Notes: generated from the letters alone by a model not told the origin. Numbered from the stretch's first letter, positions 46,818-56,565 are shown. The stretch is 64,000 nucleotides of DNA from Hyphomonas sp. (GCF_013791775.1 NZ_VMTE01000007.1), one strand, 5' to 3'. Numbers and translations: made by a program.

Positions 46818-48271
46818 TGGATCGCGGCGTGTTCATTGACGGCGTCTGGCGCGAAGGCCGGGCCGGCGTCTTCTCCAATACGTGTCCCGCCACGGGGGAA
46901 GCCGTGTGGCAGGGCGCAGCCGCAGACCCGGCCGATGTCGCGGAAGCGGTCGCCTCAGCGCGCCTGGCTTTCCGGGAATGGTCGCGCCGCGCGCCGCAGG
47001 AACGCATTGAGGTTCTCGAACGCTACGCCGAAGAGATCGGCAAGCGCACGGCGGCCATTGCAGAAACGATCAGCCGCGACATGGGCAAGGCGCTCTGGGA
47101 TTCGCTCGCGGAAGCCGCCACCATGAAGGCAAAGATCGGCGTGTCGATCGCCGCCATGAAGGAGCGGGCGGGCGACCGCACGGAGACCGCAGCCTTCGGT
47201 TCGGCGCAGCTGACGCATCGCCCGCACGGTGTCATGGCGGTGTTTGGCCCGTTCAACTTTCCCGGCCACTTGCCGAACGGTCACATCGTTCCGGCGCTTC
47301 TGGCCGGCAACACCTGCGTGTTCAAGCCCTCGGAACTTGCGCCCGGTGTGGCGACGCTGATGGCCGAGTGTTTCAATGCAGCGGGCCTGCCGCCGGGATG
47401 CCTCAACATCGTACAGGGCGGACGCGAGACGGGCGCGGCGCTGATGGATGCCGGCATCAACGGCCTGCTTTTCACCGGCTCGGCGGCGACGGGCGTGTTC
47501 TTCCACAAGCATTTCGCGGGCCGTCCGGAGGTCATCCTGGCGCTGGAAATGGGCGGAAACAATCCCCTCATCATCTGGGATCCTGCCGATGTCGAAGCTG
47601 CCGCCGACATCGCGGCCCAGTCGGCCTTCCTGACCACCGGTCAACGCTGTTCCTGCGCCCGCCGCATCATCCTGCCGGAAGGGCGTTTCGGCGACGCCGT
47701 CATCGACGCTATCGAGGCGCGCGCGAAGGCGTTGCGCATCGGCGCATGGGACGAACCCGGCATTTTCATGGGCCCCCTCGTGTCAGAGCGAGCGCGAGAC
47801 CAAGCCCTTGCCTTTCAGGAGATGCTGCGCGCGCATGGATCGCGGTCCATTCTCGCCCTTGGCGGCCAGGCACGCGGCGGCGGGTTCGTGACGCCCGGCA
47901 TCGTGGATACGACCGAGGCCACGGGCATTCCGGACGAGGAATTGTTCGGCCCGCTGATGCAGATCGTGCGTGTAAAGAGTTTCGAGGACGCCGTCGCCCG
48001 CGCCAACGCAACGAAGTACGGCCTGTCCGGCGGTCTGGTGTGCGACGATGATGCCATGTGGAACGTGGCTTACCGCGACATGAAGGCGGGCATACTCAAC
48101 CGCAACCGTCCCACCGCAGGAGCAAGTGGCTCGATGCCGTTCGGCGGCCCCGGCCTGTCGGGCAACTTCCGTCCGGGGGCGTACTATGCGGCCGACTATT
48201 GCGCCTGGCCGCAGGCGAGCCAGCTCGCCGCTACAGCAACACGTATGACAGCACCCGGATTTCCGGCCTGA
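46814..48271 (+). CDS. astD: N-succinylglutamate 5-semialdehyde dehydrogenase
   Basis: Track ORF 46814..48271. It has the aldehyde dehydrogenase motifs FTGS, ELGGNNP-like EMGGNNP and the catalytic TGQRCSC. It overlaps astA by 4 nt. Confidence 0.88.
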   Translation: MMDRGVFIDGVWREGRAGVFSNTCPATGEAVWQGAAADPADVAEAVASARLAFREWSRRAPQERIEVLERYAEEIGKRTAAIAETISRDMGKALWDSLAEAATMKAKIGVSIAAMKERAGDRTETAAFGSAQLTHRPHGVMAVFGPFNFPGHLPNGHIVPALLAGNTCVFKPSELAPGVATLMAECFNAAGLPPGCLNIVQGGRETGAALMDAGINGLLFTGSAATGVFFHKHFAGRPEVILALEMGGNNPLIIWDPADVEAAADIAAQSAFLTTGQRCSCARRIILPEGRFGDAVIDAIEARAKALRIGAWDEPGIFMGPLVSERARDQALAFQEMLRAHGSRSILALGGQARGGGFVTPGIVDTTEATGIPDEELFGPLMQIVRVKSFEDAVARANATKYGLSGGLVCDDDAMWNVAYRDMKAGILNRNRPTAGASGSMPFGGPGLSGNFRPGAYYAADYCAWPQASQLAATATRMTAPGFPA

Positions 48272-48281
48272 AAGGCATATT

Positions 48282-49109
48282 ATGGACAACACCGCGCAGA
48301 TTGATTCATGGAACGGTCCATCCGGATTGAAATGGGCCCGTGATGCCGACCAGCTGGACCAGATGCTGCAGCCGTTTGCGGCGGCAGTTCTCGAAGCCGC
48401 GCAGCCTGTTGCGGGTGAAAAGGTTGTGGATATCGGCTGCGGCGCTGGCGCTTTGTCGCTGGCAGCTGCCCTGTTGGGTGCGCAAGTTACCGGCGTGGAT
48501 GTGTCCGTCCCCCTTGTTGAACTTGCGCGCCGCCGCGCCGCCGTAAAAGCCGCCAGCACGCAGTTCGTGGTGGCTGATGCCTCCGAGTGGCAGCCAGACC
48601 AGAAGACGCAGCTTCTGATTTCCCGCTTCGGCGTGATGTTCTTTGCAGACCCCGTCGCGGCCTTCGCAAACATCCGCGCCGGCATGTCGGAGGATGGGCG
48701 CCTGGCGTTTGCGTGCTGGCGTTCCTTGCCGGAAAATGACTGGGCCATGGTCCCTGTCCTGACCGCGCTGCCGTTCCTCAAAGAGCCGCCCAAGCCCAGT
48801 CCGCCGGGCGCCCCCGGGCCATTCGCCTTCGCTGACAGTGAATACCTGCACTCCATCCTGACGAAGAGCGGTTGGAACAATGTGAAGGTGACACCGTGGA
48901 ACGGCTCGATCCAGCTGCCGGGACTGAAAGCGGAAGATACGGCCACCTTCATGATGGAAATCGGCCCCTTGTCGCGCACGATTGCGGATCAGGGGATTGA
49001 TCCGGCCACGGTGCGTCAGGCCCTGATCGACAAGGTGCGCAGCCTGACCGGGGAGGCGGGCGCGACGCAGCTGAAGGCGGCGGCCTGGATCGTCGAGGCG
49101 GTGGTATGA
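48282..49109 (+). CDS. class I SAM-dependent methyltransferase
   Basis: Track ORF 48282..49109. It has the SAM motif I VVDIGCGAG. Its stop overlaps the astB ATG by 4 nt. Confidence 0.8.
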   Translation: MDNTAQIDSWNGPSGLKWARDADQLDQMLQPFAAAVLEAAQPVAGEKVVDIGCGAGALSLAAALLGAQVTGVDVSVPLVELARRRAAVKAASTQFVVADASEWQPDQKTQLLISRFGVMFFADPVAAFANIRAGMSEDGRLAFACWRSLPENDWAMVPVLTALPFLKEPPKPSPPGAPGPFAFADSEYLHSILTKSGWNNVKVTPWNGSIQLPGLKAEDTATFMMEIGPLSRTIADQGIDPATVRQALIDKVRSLTGEAGATQLKAAAWIVEAVV

Positions 49110-50428
49110 ACCCGGCCTTTGAAGTCAATTTCGACGGTCTCATAGGGCCGAGCCACAATTATGGCGGCCTGTCGGACGGTAACCTTGCCAGTGCGCGGAA
49201 TGCCGGCGACGTTTCCAATCCCCGCGAAGCGGCGGTGCAGGGGCTCGAAAAGATGCGCACGCTGGTCCGCGCCGGCCTGGTGCAAGGCGTCTTGCCACCG
49301 CTTGCCCGCCCGAACTTTGACCTGTTGGCCGCCGCCGGCTTTCTTGGCGCCGATGCGCAGATCATCGAGGCCGCAGCGCGCACCGCACCGAGACTTCTGA
49401 AGGCGGCCTATTCGGCCAGCAGCATGTGGACCGCCAATGCCGCGACCGTGTCGCCGTCCGCAGATACATCCGACGGCCGACTGCACCTCACGGCGGCTAA
49501 CCTGTCAACGATGCTTCATCGCAGCATCGAGCATCCGGACACGACCGCCACGCTGATTTCGATCTTTGCCGGCGAGGATCATTTCGCCGTCCATGGCGCG
49601 CTGCCGGCGCATGGAGACTTCGCCGATGAAGGCGCGGCCAACCATGTCCGTCTGTGCAACGAACAAGGCGCGCCCGGCGTGGAGCTGTTTGTGTACGGAC
49701 GGGATGATGGCGAATCCACCGCCGGTTTCCCCGCTCGCCAGACCCGCCTCGCATCGGAATCCGTGGCGCGGTCGCATGAGCTCGACCTCGTCCGCGTCGT
49801 CTTCGCCCGGCAGGCCCGCCGCGCCATCGAAGCGGGCGCCTTTCACAACGATGTCGTCTGCGTTGGCGCGCTCGATACGCTGTTCTTTCACGAGTTTGCC
49901 TTCGAAGACACGGCCGGCACGCTGGACGCCCTGCGCCGCAGCGCCCAGGGCCTGTTCGACCTGAAACCCGTGATGGTGCCGGACGCCGAGGTGCCGCTCG
50001 CCGATGCGATATCGTCCTACCTGTTCAATTCGCAACTGCTGCAATTGCCCGGCGAGGACCGCCTCGTGCTCTTCGCGCCGGGAGAGACGCAGGACACGGC
50101 CTCGACGCGCGCCTATTGCGAGCGCCTTGTGACCCGCAACGGACCGATTGGCAGGGTCGAGTATGTCGATGTGCGTCAATCCATGCGCAACGGGGGCGGC
50201 CCGGCCTGCCTGAGACTGCGTGTCGTGATGACCGAAGACCAGCTCGCAAGTTGCCATTCCGGTGTGCTGCTGGACGAGGAACGCATCGACGAGTTGCAGG
50301 CCTGCGTTCGCGCGACCTACCGTGACCGGCTGTCACCGGCAGACCTGGCCGATCCTGCCTTTGCCGACGAGTGCCGGATTGCGCGCGAAGCGCTGCTCGG
50401 GATTCTCGAACTGGACGCCCTCACATGA
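49106..50428 (+). CDS. astB: N-succinylarginine dihydrolase
   Basis: Track ORF 49106..50428. It contains EVNFDGLIGPSHNYGGLS, SSMWTANAATVSPSADT, FHNDVV, YLFNSQLL and NGGGPACLRLRVV, as in E. coli AstB. Confidence 0.93.
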   Translation: MNPAFEVNFDGLIGPSHNYGGLSDGNLASARNAGDVSNPREAAVQGLEKMRTLVRAGLVQGVLPPLARPNFDLLAAAGFLGADAQIIEAAARTAPRLLKAAYSASSMWTANAATVSPSADTSDGRLHLTAANLSTMLHRSIEHPDTTATLISIFAGEDHFAVHGALPAHGDFADEGAANHVRLCNEQGAPGVELFVYGRDDGESTAGFPARQTRLASESVARSHELDLVRVVFARQARRAIEAGAFHNDVVCVGALDTLFFHEFAFEDTAGTLDALRRSAQGLFDLKPVMVPDAEVPLADAISSYLFNSQLLQLPGEDRLVLFAPGETQDTASTRAYCERLVTRNGPIGRVEYVDVRQSMRNGGGPACLRLRVVMTEDQLASCHSGVLLDEERIDELQACVRATYRDRLSPADLADPAFADECRIAREALLGILELDALT

Positions 50429-51060
50429 TCCGTCTCTATGACTATTGGCGCTCGTCGGCGGCTTACCGGGTTCGCATCGCGCTGAACCTGAAAGGTGCGC
50501 CCTATGAACGCGTGCCCGTCAATATCCTTCCGGGGGCGGATGAACAGTTGGGCGCCGAGTACCGTGCCCGGAACCCGCAAATGCGCGTCCCGGCGATAGA
50601 GGTGGACGGCCGGATGGCGGGCCAGTCTCTCGCCATCATCGAATGGATGGACGAAACGCTTCCCGGACCCGCGCTCCTGCCGAAAGATCCGTGGCAACGC
50701 CTGCAGGCCCGAGCCTTTGCCAACATCATCGCATGCGACATCCATCCGCTGAACAATCTCAGTCCGCTGGCAGTGCTGCGCAAGGATTTCGGCGCCGATG
50801 AGGCCGCGATTGGCCGGTGGTACCGCGACTGGATCGTGCGCGGGTTCACGGCGCTGGAAGCCATGGCGTCTGATATCAAGTCCGGTCCGTTCCTGTTCGG
50901 CGACACGCCCGGCCTCGCGGAGATCGTGCTTGTTCCGCAGGTGGCGAACGCACATCGCTTCGAAACCGATCTGACGCCATTCCCGTTGCTCGTCGAACTC
51001 GACGCGCGGTGCCGCGCGCTCGAGCCCTTCCGCCAGGCAGCGCCGGAGAGCCTGACCTAA
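50425..51060 (+). CDS. maiA: maleylacetoacetate isomerase / zeta-class glutathione S-transferase
   Basis: Track ORF 50371..51060 trimmed to MIRLYDYWRSSAAYRVRIALNLKG (ATG 50425, overlapping the astB TGA). The zeta-GST SSxxxRxRIALxLKG signature is present. Confidence 0.88.
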   Translation: MIRLYDYWRSSAAYRVRIALNLKGAPYERVPVNILPGADEQLGAEYRARNPQMRVPAIEVDGRMAGQSLAIIEWMDETLPGPALLPKDPWQRLQARAFANIIACDIHPLNNLSPLAVLRKDFGADEAAIGRWYRDWIVRGFTALEAMASDIKSGPFLFGDTPGLAEIVLVPQVANAHRFETDLTPFPLLVELDARCRALEPFRQAAPESLT

Positions 51061-51866
51061 TCTTGGTTTTCGGCGGCGTCGTCCGTCTCTCCGGGCCGGC
51101 GAATTTCGATGATCTCGACTTCTTCGAGTTCGCCCAGCGGTTCGGCGAGTTTGGATGCATGGTCATTGAGCCAGGGGACAAGGCCGTTCACGAGGCGCCC
51201 GCCTACCGGGCCATCGCCCGTAACCGAAACTTTCCCGCCGCTGCGCCGTAGCGCCACGTCAAGGATGCAGCCTTCATCGGCCGTGTAGCGGCGCGAGCAG
51301 ATTGACGCCGCATTCACGCCTTCCGGCAGGCGCTGCGCGCCGTCTGCATCACCGAAAAAGACGACGCCCGCAAACCGGTCACGCAGCAGCGAATCGGCGG
51401 CAAGTAGCGACGCAGCCTTCGCCGGAAGGGGTGCGTCGGTGGCGATCACGAAAGCGCGTCCCCGATTGTCGGCCGAGAGATAAGCCTGAAAGGCTGCCGA
51501 GATGTCAGCCTCAAGATTCGCCGCTCTGAGATAGGGCGCGTACACAGGACCGACCGGGTCAAAGACGGCCGCAAGATCATTCAGCACGCCGTCCGCGTCG
51601 TTGAGGCGTTTCTCGGTCGCAATCCTGTCATTCGGCTCCAGGGCCGCCTCGGCGGCGAGCAGGACGACATCCACATCCCAGCCCGCTTCCCAGACTGCCG
51701 GCGGCTTCTGCGCCGGCCGGATCGCCCAGCTTTCTGCAGCGGCATAGTCAAACGTCGGCAACGCCGCGCCCGAGACAGTCGGCGAAGGGCGCATCGACCA
51801 GATGACCGCGCCCACGGCCACTGCCAACAGGACGGAGACAACGGCGAGCGCAATTTTTCTGTTCAT
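51057..51866 (-). CDS. membrane-anchored protein, DUF3089-like without the serine-hydrolase motif
   Basis: Track ORF 51057..51866. It has an N-terminal TM anchor. The block VYAPYLRAANL...DISAAFQAYLSADNRGRAFVIATDAPL resembles DUF3089 (..APRYRQA...AF.YYL..N.GRPFILAGHSQG), with ATDAP in place of GHSQG. The comparison is from memory. Confidence 0.5.
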   Translation of the reverse strand: MNRKIALAVVSVLLAVAVGAVIWSMRPSPTVSGAALPTFDYAAAESWAIRPAQKPPAVWEAGWDVDVVLLAAEAALEPNDRIATEKRLNDADGVLNDLAAVFDPVGPVYAPYLRAANLEADISAAFQAYLSADNRGRAFVIATDAPLPAKAASLLAADSLLRDRFAGVVFFGDADGAQRLPEGVNAASICSRRYTADEGCILDVALRRSGGKVSVTGDGPVGGRLVNGLVPWLNDHASKLAEPLGELEEVEIIEIRRPGETDDAAENQD

Positions 51867-51884
51867 GACGTTCGATTCCCGGGT

Positions 51885-52256
51885 TCAGCGGGCCGCGGAA
51901 CGAAGTCCTGAATAGCCCGGTTGATCGACAGACAATTGGTCAATTGTGGTCGATTTGAGATGTGGCAACAGCCCGCTTGTGGAAAGTCCCATGCGGCCCG
52001 TGCGGATCTCTTCGCACAGTCGCCGGTTGAGGGTCTCGACCGGTTCGCCGGTAACACCCAGCAGCGATTCAAGGCGCGCCTTTTCGTCGGCCTCGGCAGC
52101 GGGGCGTATGTCGAGTTCGCGCAAAACGGTGGCCAGCGCATTGGAGGCGACGCGCGCGTGAAATGCCGCGTGTCCGGTCAGTTGCGGCGCGGCGGTCTTG
52201 TCGATGAAAGCCTTCACCGCTTCGATGAGTTCCTTCGCGGAGGGGGCATCATGCAT
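51885..52256 (-). CDS. DUF6285-like small protein (partner of phosphotransferase)
   Basis: Track ORF 51885..52256. It begins PSAKELIEAVKAFI and overlaps the upstream APH-family gene by 8 nt. Confidence 0.6.
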   Translation of the reverse strand: MHDAPSAKELIEAVKAFIDKTAAPQLTGHAAFHARVASNALATVLRELDIRPAAEADEKARLESLLGVTGEPVETLNRRLCEEIRTGRMGLSTSGLLPHLKSTTIDQLSVDQPGYSGLRSAAR

Positions 52257-53259
52257 GGCGGCCTAGACCTTCGAACAGGTTGATGAGGTCGATCTCGTTC
52301 TCGGAAACGCGCCGGCCGATAGCGGCGCGTTCGACGCTCGGGTCCGCCCCGGTCTTGTAGGCCCCGTACATGATCATGCACATCACGCCCCATTTCAGGC
52401 TGCCGAGAATTTCCCACCAGTCGATCTCTGCCGGTGTGAAACGTGCCCCGCCGGCGCCCGCGTAGGCGTCGAGGAGGTCCGGCAGGTCGCCGAAGCCGCC
52501 AACCCGTCTCTCGCTTTGACCGAATCGCCAGGAGTTGACGCAAAGCCAGGCGATATCCTCGCGCGGGTCGCCGGTATGGGCGAGTTCCCAGTCGAGCACG
52601 GCGCCGAGCCCCTCGGCATCAACGATGAGATTGCCGAGCCGGAAGTCACCGTGCACCAACACCGGGACCGCCGGCGCCGGCGCGTTGGCCTTCAGCCAGG
52701 CGAACGCGAGTTCGAACACCGGTCTCGGCAGGTCAAATCCACGATAGATCGCTTCGTATTTGGCAATCTGGTCTTCGCCGAGGCTGCGCGGCAGTTCCGG
52801 CAGACCAGCAATCGGCACGGCATGGATCCGCGCCAGCGCTTCGCCGCAATCCCGGGTGAGGCGCGTGCGGGCCAGGGTAAACTCCTCATCGCGCAGGATT
52901 TTCCGTCCGAGCGTTTCCCCAGTCACGCGGCGCATCACGAACGCCTCGCCCAATGCGCTGCCGGGCGGGGAGACGTGCAACACGTCCGGCACCCGCACAC
53001 CGGATTTCGCGGTGGCGCCCAGTAAGGCCGCTTCGGTCGCCAGTGACACGGCTTCCGAGCTGCGCGCGGCGGCAACGCCGCCCGGTGCGCGCCTCAGGAT
53101 CAGGGCGTGCTTCGTCCCGGATGCCGCCACATCAAAGGCCCAGGTTTCCTGGCTGGCGCCGCCCGATAGCCGTTTGAGCGCCTGCACTTTCGCGCCTGCA
53201 CCAAAATACACAGCTGCCCACTCTGAAAGGGGCTTTTCGATCTCGATACTGCTTCCCAT
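52249..53259 (-). CDS. aminoglycoside-phosphotransferase (APH) family kinase-like protein
   Basis: Track ORF 52249..53493 trimmed to MGSSIEIEKPL (cat at 53257-53259). It has the Brenner/catalytic motif LVHGDFRLGNLIV and DWELAHTGDPREDIAW. Confidence 0.82.
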   Translation of the reverse strand: MGSSIEIEKPLSEWAAVYFGAGAKVQALKRLSGGASQETWAFDVAASGTKHALILRRAPGGVAAARSSEAVSLATEAALLGATAKSGVRVPDVLHVSPPGSALGEAFVMRRVTGETLGRKILRDEEFTLARTRLTRDCGEALARIHAVPIAGLPELPRSLGEDQIAKYEAIYRGFDLPRPVFELAFAWLKANAPAPAVPVLVHGDFRLGNLIVDAEGLGAVLDWELAHTGDPREDIAWLCVNSWRFGQSERRVGGFGDLPDLLDAYAGAGGARFTPAEIDWWEILGSLKWGVMCMIMYGAYKTGADPSVERAAIGRRVSENEIDLINLFEGLGRHA

Positions 53260-53338
53260 CTTCGCCACAATTGCGCGGAAGAAGGAAGTCGCCAAGCGGT
53301 AACGCTGAGGAAGGCGGCGGTCCCAGGAGACCCAGCAC

Positions 53339-54043
53339 ATGAACGACGACAAGCTACCAGACGATCTGCTGGGCATTGTAGAGCCTCCGCAGAAGCAGGG
53401 GCTGTTCGCCTGGCTGCGGGAACGATTCATTGCCGGCATGCTGATCGCGCTGCCGATTGTTGCGACATTCGTGATCCTCGAGTTCCTGATCAACCTGATC
53501 GACAGCCGGGTTGTTCCGATGCTGCCGCCGGCGCTCCGGCCTGAGACCTATCTCGATTATGCGGTGCCGGGCTTCGGCCTGATCATCCTGTTGCTGTTCC
53601 TGACCCTGCTCGGGTCTGTGGCGACCAACTTCCTGGGAAACTACTTCGTCTCGCTCACTGACCGTGTCCTGACGCGGGTTCCGGTCGTCCGGTCCGTGTA
53701 CTCGGTGTTCAAGCAGATCCGGGATGTCTTCCAGAGCAATTCGGCTGGCCAATACAAGGAAGTCGTGATGATCCAGTTTCCCACGGAAGGGAGCTGGGCC
53801 ATCGGGTTTGTGGCGGGCGCCGTGAAGGGTGAAATGCGGCATCGTCTGGGCACCGAGTTCATCGGTGTGTTCGTCCCGACGACACCCAACCCGACCTCGG
53901 GTTTCCTCGTCTACGCCAAGGCGTCCGACGTCGTAAAACTCGATATGACGATCGAAGAGGGCGCCAAGGTCATCTTCTCCGGCGGTCTCGTAATCCCGGA
54001 GTATCCCGCTACGGGGAAACCGTCCGCCCCTTCAGCAAAATAG
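53339..54043 (+). CDS. DUF502 domain membrane protein
   Basis: Track ORF 53339..54043. It contains RFIAGMLIALPIVATFVIL, two TM helices, and RVPVVRSVYSVFKQI, which is typical of DUF502. Confidence 0.8.
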   Translation: MNDDKLPDDLLGIVEPPQKQGLFAWLRERFIAGMLIALPIVATFVILEFLINLIDSRVVPMLPPALRPETYLDYAVPGFGLIILLLFLTLLGSVATNFLGNYFVSLTDRVLTRVPVVRSVYSVFKQIRDVFQSNSAGQYKEVVMIQFPTEGSWAIGFVAGAVKGEMRHRLGTEFIGVFVPTTPNPTSGFLVYAKASDVVKLDMTIEEGAKVIFSGGLVIPEYPATGKPSAPSAK

Positions 54044-54050
54044 GCGTCCG

Positions 54051-56129
54051 TCAGGAACCGGCATCGGAATCGATGGTCACACGCGGCGTGAGAAGTTCGC
54101 GCGCAATCCGCAGCGCATTGGCGCGCTCGCCTTTGAGGCGGGGATCGGCGGCAATCACGGCATCTGCATCCCTGCCGGCAATCTCAAGCAGTTCGGAATG
54201 GCGCGCCATGTCGAGTACCCGGTACTCGGTCGCGCCCGCCTGACGCACGCCCAGAACATCGCCCGCGCCGCGCAGCCGGAAGTCGGCCTCGGCAATCTCG
54301 AACCCGTCTTCGGTGCGGCGCAGGGTGTCGAGGCGTTGGTGGGCGGCCTCGCCGAGCGGCGGGCGGTACAGGAGTATGCAGTACGAGGCGCGCTCACCGC
54401 GCCCGACGCGGCCGCGCAACTGGTGCAGCTGCGCCAGGCCGAAGCCCTCGGCGCGCTCGATCACCATGATGGTTGCTTCGGGCACATCGACCCCGACTTC
54501 GATCACCGTGGTGGCCACGAGCACCCGCGTCTTACCTGACCGGAAGTCTTCCAGCGCGGCATCCTTCTCCGCCGGTCTGAGCCGGCCGTGCACGAGGCCG
54601 ACGCGGATGCGCAGCTCGTCTTGCAGCGCGGCATGGCGCGCGACCGCGGACGAATCGTCCTCATCGGCATCGACGCGCGGGCACACCCAGAAGGCGCGCT
54701 CCCCGCGCTTGAGGGCGCGCCCGATGGCTTCGATGACCTCCTCCAGCCGCGTATCCGGGATGGCGCGGGTTTCGACAGGCTTCCGGCCGGGCGGCTTCTC
54801 GTCGAGGATCGACACGTCAAGATCGCCGTGAACGGCCTGCGCCAGCGTCCGGGGGATCGGTGTGGCGCTCATTACCAGCATGTGCGGGCTGTCAGATTTT
54901 CCGACCAGACGCATGCGGTCCGTCACGCCGAACCGGTGCTGCTCGTCAACGATGATCAGACCGAGATTGCGGAATGACACCGCCTCCTGGAACAGTGCAT
55001 GCGTGCCGGTGACAATCTGGATGGTGCCGTCCGCCAGTGCCATCAGCGTGCTTTCACGCGCGCTGCCCCGGTCCCTGCCGGACAGAACTGCAACTGTATA
55101 GCCGAGCGGTGAAAGCAGGGAGTCGAGCGTGTCGAACTGCTGACGCGCCAGCACCTCAGTGGGCGCCATGAACGCGGACTGGAAGCCGCTGGCAGCGGCC
55201 TCCACCGCCGCAAAGGCAGCGACAAGTGTTTTGCCCGCACCTACATCGCCTTGCAGCAGCCGCCGCATCGGCGCGCCGCTCGCCAGATCCTTGCGGATTT
55301 CGTCGGTGGCCCGCCGCTGGGCACCCGTCGGCGTGTAGGGCAACGCGCGGATCAGCTGGCGCTCCGCTTCCGCGTCGGCGCGGATCACCGGCGCCCGCCG
55401 CGCCTTGCGGGCGGCCCGGGCAAGCGAGAAGGCGGACGCGCGCGCGACAGCTTCGTCATAGGCGAGGCGTTCGCGGGCGCGCGCGAACTCGTCCTCGTCG
55501 TAGCGTGTCGGAGCATGCAGGATCGTCAAGGCCTCGCGAAACCCCGGCCAGCCGCGCTGGCGCACAAGATGCGGGTCTGACCATTCCGGCAACCCATCCG
55601 GCACGAGACCCAGGGCTTGCAGGGCAAAGACATGGACCCGGCGATTGGTGAGACCGGCGGACAGGGGATAGATCGGCTCGACCTCGGGCGGCGGCTCGTT
55701 CTTCGCCGGATCGACCACGAAATCGGGATGGGTGATCTGGCGCTCGCCTTTGTAGTCTTCCACCCGCCCCGACACGATGCGGGACGCGCCGATCGGGAAT
55801 TGCGATTTCAGCCAGCGCGGATCGGCCCGGAAATAAGACAGGGTCAGGAATCCTGTGTCGTCGCCGAGCTGGATCCGGTAGGGCGAGCGGTCGTTGTAAG
55901 GCGCGTGGTGGGCGATCACGTCGCCGCGCACGGTGGCGATCTCGCCGGGTACGGTTTCATCGAAATGGGCCCGCATGCGCCGGTCGATCCAGCGGTCCGG
56001 CAGGTGAAGCAGCAGGTCCCAGACCGTGTTTCCGCCGCACAAACGCTGTAGCACGGGCAGCAGCTTGGGCCCGACGCCGCTCAGCGTGTCGAGACCGGCA
56101 AACAGCGGGAAGAGTCGCTCGTCGCGCAT
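54051..56129 (-). CDS. recG: ATP-dependent DNA helicase RecG
   Basis: Track ORF 54051..56129. It has a wedge domain and the helicase motifs GDVGAGKT, DEQHRFG and QLHQLRGRVGRG. Confidence 0.95.
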   Translation of the reverse strand: MRDERLFPLFAGLDTLSGVGPKLLPVLQRLCGGNTVWDLLLHLPDRWIDRRMRAHFDETVPGEIATVRGDVIAHHAPYNDRSPYRIQLGDDTGFLTLSYFRADPRWLKSQFPIGASRIVSGRVEDYKGERQITHPDFVVDPAKNEPPPEVEPIYPLSAGLTNRRVHVFALQALGLVPDGLPEWSDPHLVRQRGWPGFREALTILHAPTRYDEDEFARARERLAYDEAVARASAFSLARAARKARRAPVIRADAEAERQLIRALPYTPTGAQRRATDEIRKDLASGAPMRRLLQGDVGAGKTLVAAFAAVEAAASGFQSAFMAPTEVLARQQFDTLDSLLSPLGYTVAVLSGRDRGSARESTLMALADGTIQIVTGTHALFQEAVSFRNLGLIIVDEQHRFGVTDRMRLVGKSDSPHMLVMSATPIPRTLAQAVHGDLDVSILDEKPPGRKPVETRAIPDTRLEEVIEAIGRALKRGERAFWVCPRVDADEDDSSAVARHAALQDELRIRVGLVHGRLRPAEKDAALEDFRSGKTRVLVATTVIEVGVDVPEATIMVIERAEGFGLAQLHQLRGRVGRGERASYCILLYRPPLGEAAHQRLDTLRRTEDGFEIAEADFRLRGAGDVLGVRQAGATEYRVLDMARHSELLEIAGRDADAVIAADPRLKGERANALRIARELLTPRVTIDSDAGS

Positions 56130-56298
56130 GACATGGGCAAGCTAGGCGCAGCCGGGGTGCGGCACAATCAGGCGGAGACCTTTCTGCGCCGGACATGTGG
56201 CATAAGATGTTGCATAAAGTGGGCTTTGGCAGTCCAAAAACTGCCCACACGTCCCTGTAGAGAGTCCAAAGGGTTTTTGCCCCGTCCGAAAGGCTGGA

Positions 56299-56565
56299 AT
56301 GACCGACGAAATTCGCCGCAAGAAACTGAAATTCCGGGCCTGGCGGCGCGGGTTTCGCGAGATGGACCTGCTGATCGGGAGCTTCGCCGATGCGCAGCTC
56401 GATTCGTTTGACACGGCAGCGCTGGATGAATTCGAGCGCCTGCTGAGTGTGCCCGACTGGGAAGTTTACGCCTGGTTGATCGGCCAGAAGCCGGTTCCGG
56501 GCGAGCATGCCGGTCCGGTGCTGGACCAGCTGATCGCATTCCGCTACGCCGCCCAAGCTGGCTGA
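56299..56565 (+). CDS. sdhE: FAD assembly factor SdhE (succinate dehydrogenase assembly factor 2)
   Basis: Track ORF 56299..56565. It contains RRKKLKFRAWRRGFREMDLLIG, which includes the RGxxE motif. Confidence 0.88.
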   Translation: MTDEIRRKKLKFRAWRRGFREMDLLIGSFADAQLDSFDTAALDEFERLLSVPDWEVYAWLIGQKPVPGEHAGPVLDQLIAFRYAAQAG

